Origin: Adineta vaga | Taxonomy: Eukaryota; Animalia; Rotifera | Direction: 5' to 3' | Length of the DNA: 64,000 nt | Assembly (NCBI GenBank): GCA_021613535.1 | Contig: CP075492.1 | Coordinates: 6,448,001-6,512,000, forward strand | Shown here: piece after piece, positions 51,701 to 64,000 of the stretch | How the letters are laid out: the number at the start of each line of letters is the position of its first letter | How positions within the stretch are numbered: position 1 is the stretch's first letter | Position numbers and translations under genes: made by a program | Notes under the pieces: model-generated | The model's database searches: none | The model's input: only the letters and a program-made list of their open reading frames with translations | What the model was told of the DNA's origin: nothing

Positions 51701-52834
51701 AATTTTATTTCGACAGGTGAAGATTACTTATACTAAATATCTATTGAAATAGAACGAAGAGTTCATCTTCTCTATTGTTTAGTGATTTATGCAATCAATT
51801 CAGTTCTCTTCTGGTCTCCACAACCAATTAAAGATGGAATTATTCGTATTTTTCCTTACGTATGTACAGATTACGTTTAGATTCACAGTCGTTTAATTCG
51901 TACATTTTGTTTAGCTTTGTGAAATTGAAAGTCTTGGTAATATGGATGAAAGCTTAAAAAATAGTGCAACATTGAGTCGAACGTATATTGGTATGAGTTA
52001 TTTAACTACACATCATATAGAAGCACTTCTCGAACAATTAGAACAAGTAAGTTTTGAAATACATATATGTTTTTGTATTCGTTCAGATTCATTCAAGGTG
52101 TCTATTAATTCCAAATGGCATACTCGTCGTGCAGCTATCATTTTTATTCAAAAGATGACATTTTCAAATCTATTCAATGCTCGACCTTATGTACAACGAA
52201 TACATACATTAGTCACTAAATCTTTATTCGATGAACAGATCGAAGTACGCATTGTTGCATCCGTCACATTAGCTGGATTATACCAATGTGGTTATCTTCA
52301 AGTAACAAATGACGATTTGGTAGGAAGTTGTTCATTTAATTTTTTTTAATTTTAAAATCAAATGAATTCTTTTATATATTCTAGCAATACTTTTATACCA
52401 TAAGTAAAATTGATGAAAAAAAGATAATATCGACAAAGGATATTGCTGAACGACATGGAGGTTAGTTTATGTCTATATAATGAGTGTATAGAATTTCTTA
52501 GACTAATATCGATTATTATTTAGGTATTTTGGGACTTTGTGCTATTGTTCTTTCAAGTCCATATGATATTTCAAGTCATGTACCTAATGCTGTTATGTTT
52601 CTTTGTGAACATTCAGACGATCGACATTTAATACAAGTACTTGTTTTTTGAGTTTATCTTCGATATTGATAAATATACTTCGTTTTTCTTTTTTTGTAGA
52701 AATCAGTTCGACAATGTCTATCTGAATTTCGTCATACTCATCATGATTTATGGCATGAACATCAACAAAAGTTCACTGATAATCAACTTATAATCTTAAC
52801 TAATACGCTCATTTCTCATAACTATTGTATTTAA
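45720..52834 (+). CDS. PSME4: Proteasome activator PA200/Blm10 (~30 exons)
   Basis: QKPNIYIKYLPY, IDWEPWLP, FYHPSNNG, LPGIDLND..KT, AWGQ, YSEVRRHAQ, PGDRDNNFW, FKGLFRNFG, RGSKYW, KWHTRRA, DEQIEVR, RHGGILGLCA..SSPYD, LSEFRHTHHD. Confidence 0.93.
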
Positions 52835-53449
52835 TCATAGATTGACCTACATATCTAATATTTTTGTACATAATAAACAAATAGTATCTCTCTTGTGAGC
52901 ACATTGTTTAAACATATTCTTAAATTTTGAGTGTATAGACAATATAAAATATGATATTTACTTAACCGATCAGTCGTTGTAACATTTATATTGTATTACA
53001 AGTTTCTATCTGTTTACATTCACAGAAATAGCATAATATTTAAAAGCTTTTCATCATCACTCTTCTTAAACAAAAACAATTCAATGTCTTTTTTTGTCGC
53101 ATTCTTTCGTGAAAGAATCTCATCATCTATTTTCAGTTAGTATAAAGACAATTTATGTCAAGTACGTACGCATGTAACAGCAATGTATCTGATTGGTTGT
53201 TTAGCCGACCATTAAACAGCAAGGTAAACATGTGCAATTATTTTTTTTTTCTCTGCTTGTCATTCATACTCAGTTTTCTTTACCTTTAACTAATCGAACC
53301 ATTTTAAAGTACTTTTCAGTGCATTATCCAAACTAATTGCGAATAAAATAAATAATTATTAAAAAAATAAAGTCTTATGATTGGTTTGATTTTTTTCTAG
53401 TGTGTTCTTTTCTTTTATTATGATTAAATAAAATAATTAAAGCCCGGTG

Positions 53450-56433
<2,984 letters not shown>

Positions 56434-56987
56434 TCAGGAAGAGAAAAACAATTGATTATTTCTTTCTTGTTAATTGTTCGCTTCTGTCTATGGTAATCGT
56501 GAATGAGATTCGTTCTTTTTCCGTTAGTCTTTCTTGCTTTCTTTTTCCTTTGATTAAATATGTGCATTTTAAGAATTTCTCTGATCGACAGAGAAAAAAA
56601 CAAATTGTCTACTTCTTTTTCTTCTTCTTCTTCTAATATTCAGTGCGATAATATTCTGTCCATATTTACTAATTGGTTCTCTTCTCTTGTTATAACAGTA
56701 CATATTTTTCTTCTTCTTCGTCTTCGTTTAACAGTTTTCATGAGATTATTATCGCGAACAAAATAATTTCATTTTCAGTTGATTTTATTTTTTTTATGCA
56801 TTATTTATGTACAGTTGAATTAGAAATATATTTATGTGCATAGGAAGAAATAATTTGACTATAGATATATCTTTTCTTTATTACATTTCTGAAAATGTCA
56901 ATCAAGATATAGAAATCAATCATTGTCTAAAATACATAAAAATTAGAAACTAAATGATAAAAATAATATTTATGGCGGTGATTTTTT

Positions 56988-58017
56988 TCATTGATTCCAA
57001 AACCATATGAAAATAAGAGCTGAGAATAGATACGAATTGATTATTAAAGTTTTTGTTGCTGAATCAATTACTTGACCACTAAAATACGTTCGTTCACTTT
57101 GTGTACAACGTAAATCATAAATGGCATGATTACAACCAAGAAAACCACCTAAAACAAAACTTAAAATTCATCTAGTCGTAAATGAAATGTTCTTCTTTTA
57201 CCGTAACAATGTAAATCAGCTTGTTTTTTAATAATTTCCATAAAATGTGACAATTGTTCAACATCATCACGAACTTCAATAATCGAACAATTGGTTATAT
57301 ATTTATCAGAACATTGTATGTAATCTCTGACTGCTTTACACCATTGAGCTTTTTCTGATATACTCCAACGTTCTTCAAACTTTAATCGATTACTCAAGAT
57401 GTCATTACATTGTCTGCCAGCCTATTAATATTATTAGATCATTTCAAGAAACATCAAATGTATATGCAAACCTCTTGTACTTCACAAGGTGGAATTGTTG
57501 TAGTTGTTGAACGTGTTGTCGTCGTTGTTTTCGCTGGTGATAATGTTGTCGTTTTACATTTATATTGAATAATTGAATTTCCACCAAGACCAGCACAATA
57601 TCGACCCAATCGCCAACCCTATGAACAAATATATCCATTCGTTCATTTGTTTTTATTAATCTTTACTGTTTGTTGTAATCCAACTTCATAGGCAGCTAAA
57701 GCGCCCGTATGTTCACTTTTTAGATCGCAACATTGTAATCGTTTATTGACACATTCGATGTATTTTTTTCCTTGATCACAAAACTTAAAAAGTTGTTCAC
57801 GTGTATATAAATCATATTTAAACTAAAATAGAATCCATTCAGAAGAATCAAATCTTTTCATACGATGATTTCTTACAATTTCTTCATCTTCAGCAGTTGG
57901 TGGTCGTGGACAATCGGATGCTTTCCATATATTACAAGTGTCAGACAAAGTGAACAGATAAAAGAAATATATATATAATAATATAAATAAATGATCATGT
58001 TTAGCAAGTAACATCAT
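56988..58017 (-). CDS. Secreted, probably GPI-anchored Cys-rich protein with two helical Cys repeats and a Thr-rich linker (5 exons)
   Basis: The spliced frame is open from a hydrophobic N-terminus through FC..GKKYIECV..CC, TTLSPAKTTTTRSTTTT and WC.AVRDYIQC..C to a hydrophobic C-terminus SYLFSALIFIWFWNQ*. Confidence 0.7.
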
Positions 58018-58864
58018 TTGATCAATTGAAATGTATACGGGACATCATTGTCATTGACATTGTCTCTTTTTTCTTCTCGTTCTTCGAGTAACACCTCCAC
58101 ATTTGGTTTTTTTCTTCTTCTTCGTCTTTTTCTGTTTATCAATTTAACGTCTTTGTTATACGAAAGTATTTATTTGATGAACCCAAGTCTCTGTCGACAA
58201 AGAAAAAGAATCACGTATATATAACGCATTTGAATAGTCAAATTAATTACTGCATAGTAGAGACATTGTTTTATTTTGAAATGATGTTATTTCACCTTGA
58301 AAAATAGGCAAGTTTTAGTCTACATAGATCATTTGATTATATTCAAGAGAATAAGTCAATGTCGAAGAGAACAAAATACCGATTGACATAATCAATTTTT
58401 TTGCTTCTTCTTTTCTTCTGTCTAAACAAATGACAAAAGGTAATTTCGGGTGATGAAGTAAATAAATGTCGTTGAAAAGGATTCAAGGATAAGCTAACTT
58501 TTGTCGGCGACTTCCTGCTGAAATCTATCAGATTTTGTCATTGAAAAGATCGTTTACAAGGTTAAATTAATCATTTGATTTTTATCATACAATCTAATAT
58601 TTCAGTATCTTTATTCATTTAACAGGAGATTATTTTCTACAAAATACACAGATAGAAAAAGAAAAACAATTCCGGTATAAAAGATCATTTTTCAGAGGCA
58701 ATGAAGGAGAAGTAGAAGAAAAAAAAGAAATCATATTCAATTTGATTTTCTAAGATTAAAGTGTCACTCAGAGAGTATTTTTGTACACGCTAAAAGTAAA
58801 AACAATTTACAAGAGAAGAGAGAACCGATAGAGCGCGACTAGACAGCACCAAAAATGATTTGTT

Positions 58865-61800
58865 TTAAACTTCTGTAACTTTTGGTGAACCTGAAACAGA
58901 AAGTGGTTGATGATGAAGGCCATTGAAACGGACTGGTGATAGATCGGATGATTGTTGTATACCAAGACGTTTCATTAAATGTAATGTTTTTTCTGGTTTT
59001 TTCATAATTGGTGGTGGAATTTTTTTGTCTTGAATCGATTCTGATGATGGTGAAGTTGAACGTGATTTTGATGTTACATCAAGAATAATTGTTGAATGAA
59101 CTAACGAGGTCTGATTGATTGGTGATGAAGATTTTGATGAAATATGTTCATCAAGTGATTTCGATGTCGGTGGTGTTGTGAATCCACTTGAAATGGGTAA
59201 ATTAAGAACAAGATCAGGTGCATCTGTTTCCTGTTGAGTATTTGTTGACGATATAGTACGGAAACATTGAGCATGACATTCTTCGACAGTACGTATACCA
59301 GATAGAACTTCACGTAGTGCACTGTCAATATCGATTACTTGTCGATCATTGATTGATGTTAATTGAGACGATGATGATGATGATAAGGATGGAGATGTTG
59401 ATTCATAATGGTCAATTGTTGATAGTAATGATGACGATTGTGGTGGTAAGATATCATAGATTGTACGATAGGCAGGTATCGGAGGATTAGAAAGAATTGG
59501 ACTTGATGAAATAGTTTCTTCTTTGTCAATGTCAGAACTAACTTCAAGTATTTCAGTTTCTTTTGCTGATTGAAGACGCTGTTCATCGACAAGTGAAAAA
59601 TCTGATGATTGATGACATATCTTAGGAGTATCTGATTGATTATCTAATAAAGGTGTTAAATCAACTGAATGGAATGAAAGTGATGGATCAGGTTTTAAAT
59701 TAAACGAAGGAAAACGTTGAACAGGAGCTGAATCTCGACGTCTAAAATTAATCAATCAAAAGACAAAAGTTTTAACAGAAAAACAAGAACAAATTATTTA
59801 TTTCACATACTTGGTGTTAAGTTTAATATAGCCGTCAGGAATAAATCCTGACTGTTTACTACCAGCTGTATGTCCTAACCACCATTCATGATTGAGTTTT
59901 TTATAGATGTAAATAATTTGTTTTTTTTTAAATGAAATTTCTTTTGTTGTTCTACCATTATAATCAAACAATGCCACTGCTTCGACCATCTCCATTTCTA
60001 AATAGGCAAAGGAACAAATGATTTATTTGAAATTTCAATATCAATCAAGCGAACATATAGGAAGAAGCACAATAAGCCATGCTAAACATGCTCGCGTTAA
60101 CAAAGTATCTTCTAAACTCATATGGTTATCAAATCTCTTTCTTTACCAAACATCAGTCTCATTTAATAAATTAAAATCTTCAGTACAATAATCAGAATCT
60201 TGTGATGCTAGAAAGATTTCGAGAAGGACATTTCAGAGAAAAAACTACAAAAGTAATAATTACCATCATCACTTGGAGAATGTCGCATTGAACGTTCACT
60301 TATACCTTCATCATCTTCATCTTCTTCGCCCTCACTAAAACCAAATGATATTATTGGCAAGAACAAAAGAAGAAAAAAAACGCAATTATCTCTTACATTG
60401 GAATTGTAATCGCAAATTTTTCATAAATTGGTCCATCATCACTTGCTGGAAAGATATCATCATGATGTGTAATAATTGTTCGTATCAGTTCAATTGTATG
60501 TGTGACATATTGCACTTGATCTTTATCTTCTGGGATTGGCATCAATGATGGAGCTAAACAACTAGCTAGATTCGATGCATCCATCATATTTTCATCCGAA
60601 TATTCGGTTAAACTAAACACAATTGATTCAAAATAGAAATCTTCGTATTCGATCTAACTTACTGATTGAGAAAAGCAAAAAAATAACGCATGACTATAAA
60701 GATTGGACGAGGTAGAAGTTTCACAACTTGGCATAGATTTTCTACACATTTATCTTCTGATTCAACATCAACTAAATATATCAGATAGAATTATCAATGT
60801 AAAAAGTCACATCAATAATAAGTGATTAACATACCAATACATGAAATAAATGAATCAAACATATCTCGAGCAAACAATGGTTCTTTCAATTCTCGAAAAT
60901 ATAATTTTAAAACACCAGCCACTGAATTCATATCACGACCGGTTATATTAACCAATGGATCTTCACCTTTTTCAAAAGCATCTTTAAATTGATTGATATC
61001 AACTTGTGCACCGGGTACGCGAAATATACCCTAAAGATTCATCATCAAATGACTGTTGCTTTTCTCTTTCTAAAATCAACTTACTTGATTGTGTAGACCA
61101 AGCCGATTAATAGCACTCACACATGATGATATAACCAATGGAATATGTTGTTGAGTAACTTGAATATAATCTAATAATTTACCACCAAATAAACGTGGAC
61201 GACCAAGAATAGGTGCTCGACCGATTTGTTTCGGTTTTATTGGACGACGTATAAGACTAAACATTGAACATATCGATTATATCTTTAGTTGAGAAAATCT
61301 TTTCTTACTTTTTATCTTCGACATTACCAGCTGTTGCAGCACCTAATGCTTTTTGCATAATATCATGTCGAGCTTGTAATCGAGCAATAAGATTGCTTGA
61401 TAGAGTATATTCTTTGAATTTCTATTGAATAAATAGAAGTTCAAAGATTATTATATTCTTTCAATTCTATAGTTTTTTACTTCAACATAATAATCTTCAA
61501 TTTCTTTTCGTGTACTCTTCGATGTATTTTGTGGAAGATTAAGATCTTTAAATAGATCTGACACATCCGAATTCTTTGTATTTATATATTCCATTAATGA
61601 TTGTTCAGTTGCTTCAATTGTTTTAAAAATCTATAATAAAAATATCGATTTAATCAAGTGTATTTTGATTAGTTATAAACCTTCAGTTCATGTTCTTTTC
61701 TTTTCTGACCTTGTCAAAAGCAAATCTTTCGAAGATAAACAGCTTATCTCTCGACATTAGTTTTCTCCTTGTGGAAAACTATTCAAGTGTAAGAAAAAGC

Positions 61801-63128
61801 AAAATCGAACAAACCTCATCATGTTCAGTTTTTAATCCTGCAAGACGATTTTGCATTTGAAAGAATCGTGATTGCATTTCATCACGAATTAAAACTTGAG
61901 CATTCACAGTTGATACTTCATCACCTTTATGTGGTTCGAATTTAATTCGTTTGGCTATTGTAAATATTGATGTATTAGATTCTAAATATTTTTGTTTATC
62001 AACAACAGTATCAAGATCTCCAATAGCTCGATTTAATGTTTCAATTGTTCTTGAAAAATAAAACGAATGATAGAAAGAATAGAAGAAGAAAAAAAAAGAA
62101 TAGAAATTCTTACATTTGTCGGCCACGTTTAATATTTTCTTGTGCGGATAAATACATCTGAATCGATTTAGCAATTGATGTATGAAAACCAAAATTCATA
62201 CAATCAATTAAATCGGGTACATCATCAGAACAATATTTTTGTAAGGCAGCATTGACTGATTCAACAGTCATTAAGTAATCATTACGAGCTTTGAATGCTT
62301 TCACTTTTGTTTCAGTATATTTCATTTGTCGCTAAATGAATAGAAACAAAACAGATGTTTTTCATACGACTATTCATCAAGAAATGATTGTTTTGAGATG
62401 ATTTACCTTTTCAACTCGTTTACTCATTGCTTTTTGTTTTTTTACATTTTTTATTTTTGCCATTTGTTGTTGAATAGTTCGTAATTTTTGTTCAGCTTGT
62501 TTACTTTCACTTTGATATTGATGATAAGTTGTCATTGTCTAAATAAAACAACATTTCCTTAATTGGGATAATCAAAAAAACATTACTTACACTCTTTAAT
62601 TCATTTAGAACCTTATAAATATCTTCATGACTAGCTAGAGCAACAGATTTACACTAGAAATAAAGGTTATCATATCATCAATTCTTGTTATTCATTCGTT
62701 TAGTTTACCTTCATCAACATTCGTCGTGTATCTTCGACAATTTCATTGAATTTATCAAACATATATTTACCACACACATCCGACATAATCGTATGATATT
62801 TGATATGTGTTCGAGTATCTTGAACAATCGTATCCCATAGTTTTGTAATCGATAGAAAAGTCCAAGTTTCTCGCCTATGAAGAAAGAAAATTGATTAAAA
62901 TTAAAAAAAAGTGTCTTTTGTTTTTCGTTTCTTAAGAAACAAACCTGGCTTTTTGTGCACGATGCCTTTGACCAATTTGTTTATGTAAATTGTCAAGATT
63001 TTTAGCATAATCAAGTTCGACATCCGCTCGTCGACGGAAATATTCCTGAATTTCTGCTAGAACTGCTAATTGTGTTTCAATCCGTTGTTCCAAATATTTC
63101 AATTGTTCATTCAATTGTAAACGAATTT
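58865..63128 (-). CDS. SRGAP: Slit-Robo Rho GAP (F-BAR + RhoGAP + SH3), 5'-incomplete
   Basis: IRLQLNEQLKYLE..FRRRADVELDYAK (F-BAR), KARNDYL, LQARHD, RLFGG, GIFRVPG (arginine finger), VAGVLKLYFREL, SH3 AVALFDY..WWLG..GFIP..YI; first exon(s) not identified. Confidence 0.9.
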
Positions 63129-63318
63129 CTAAAACAGGAAAGAAAGAAGAAATTTGAATTGAATTGAAATTTCATCCTACGAATTCGAAATCGTTCATAT
63201 TTTAAATTCATCGAAGAATGAGAACTAGATGCTATTCCACAAGTGTAATTAAACATATTTTGGTGAGAAAAAAAACGTAATCGACTGTTTTAACAAGTAA
63301 GTCTATGTCTGATGAGAA

Positions 63319-63346
63319 CAATGTATTGTAACAATGTATTGTAACA
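63319..63346. repeat. Tandem duplication of the 13-mer CAATGTATTGTAA
   Basis: caatgtattgtaa-caatgtattgtaa-ca read directly from the sequence. Confidence 0.75.
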
Positions 63347-64000
63347 CGTTCGACAGTATATTGAATGGTAAACGCCCTTTATTCATTTTTCTTTTCTCTC
63401 GTGATGGGCGGGATAGATTTTTTCTTATGAGGATTATTCTTTAATTTTGTTTTATAATAGAAATGAAAGTATTAATTATACTTCTTCAAATTATAGTTCA
63501 AGTAAAAGAAACAAGAAGAAGAAGAAGAAGAAGTGATGAGACTTTTTCTTATCATATCAGGACAAAAAATTTCTTACTGATAAGATCCGTTCCGGTATTA
63601 ATGCGTGATTAGATAATGTTCTAATCGAATCTTTCAATAATGGCTCCAGGCTTGTCATGTTATTGACTTCTTTCAATAATAATCTTTAGCGTTTATTTTT
63701 CTCTTTTGTCATTTTCTCGACATAAATCAATCTCATATTTCTGTTTTTTAATCTTGACTTGTTGACTTCAATTCATCATCATCATCAGCAGCAGCAACAA
63801 CAGCAACAACGTCTACTCATGTCAATAAACGACAAGAGTAGAGCATTACATCTCACGTACGCTTGTTGATATATAATCTTCTTGACGAACGTAGATATTT
63901 GATGAAAGACGGGAAAAGATGTGCGTGCGCATGTATGTATATCTATTGATGTTTTGCCGGTTTTTCGAACTTGATATCTTTCCTCCTACATATTTGCATT

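Noticed and set aside
63577-63658. Candidate first exon of srGAP (MTSLEPLL...ILS|gtaag)
   Set aside because: Its phase-0 donor is incompatible with the phase-1 acceptor at 63128, so the start is unresolved.

Overview
This is eukaryotic, not prokaryotic, DNA. It is AT-rich and gene-dense, with very many short (~45-70 nt) GT-AG introns, and a few intronless, bacterial-looking genes sit among metazoan genes. That combination best fits a bdelloid rotifer (Adineta/Rotaria-like); the taxon is an inference. About 22 protein-coding loci can be reconstructed by hand, in order: eIF4G, PLAC8-family, SNAP-25-like, TRAF, RhoU/V-like GTPase, an orphan, ABCD3, a full-length ABCA, a head-to-head pair of bacterial-type GNAT acetyltransferases, DGAT2/MOGAT (followed by a pogo-like relic and a degenerate duplicate of its last two exons), a SUEL-lectin membrane protein, a tandem pair of uncharacterised ~590-aa proteins with an N-terminal ubiquitin-like (coilin-N-like) domain, a TRPM channel, a WW protein, HSD17B10-like, a BTB/KCTD-like protein, a bacterial-type flavin amine oxidase, PSME4/PA200, a NEDD4-family HECT ligase, a Cys-rich GPI-anchored protein and a 5'-incomplete srGAP. 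The highlights are: (i) operon-like same-strand gene pairs with a splice acceptor just before the downstream ATG (HSD17B10->BTB, which also allows an in-frame fusion, and GNAT->DGAT2); (ii) the uncharacterised tandem family, one copy carrying an RFX X-box; (iii) candidate horizontally acquired genes; (iv) several conserved proteins with key functional residues substituted (Rho Q61K, HSD17B10 YxxxS, PA200 C-terminal YCI, TRPM S4 R->G). Exon boundaries were inferred by eye and no database searches were run.
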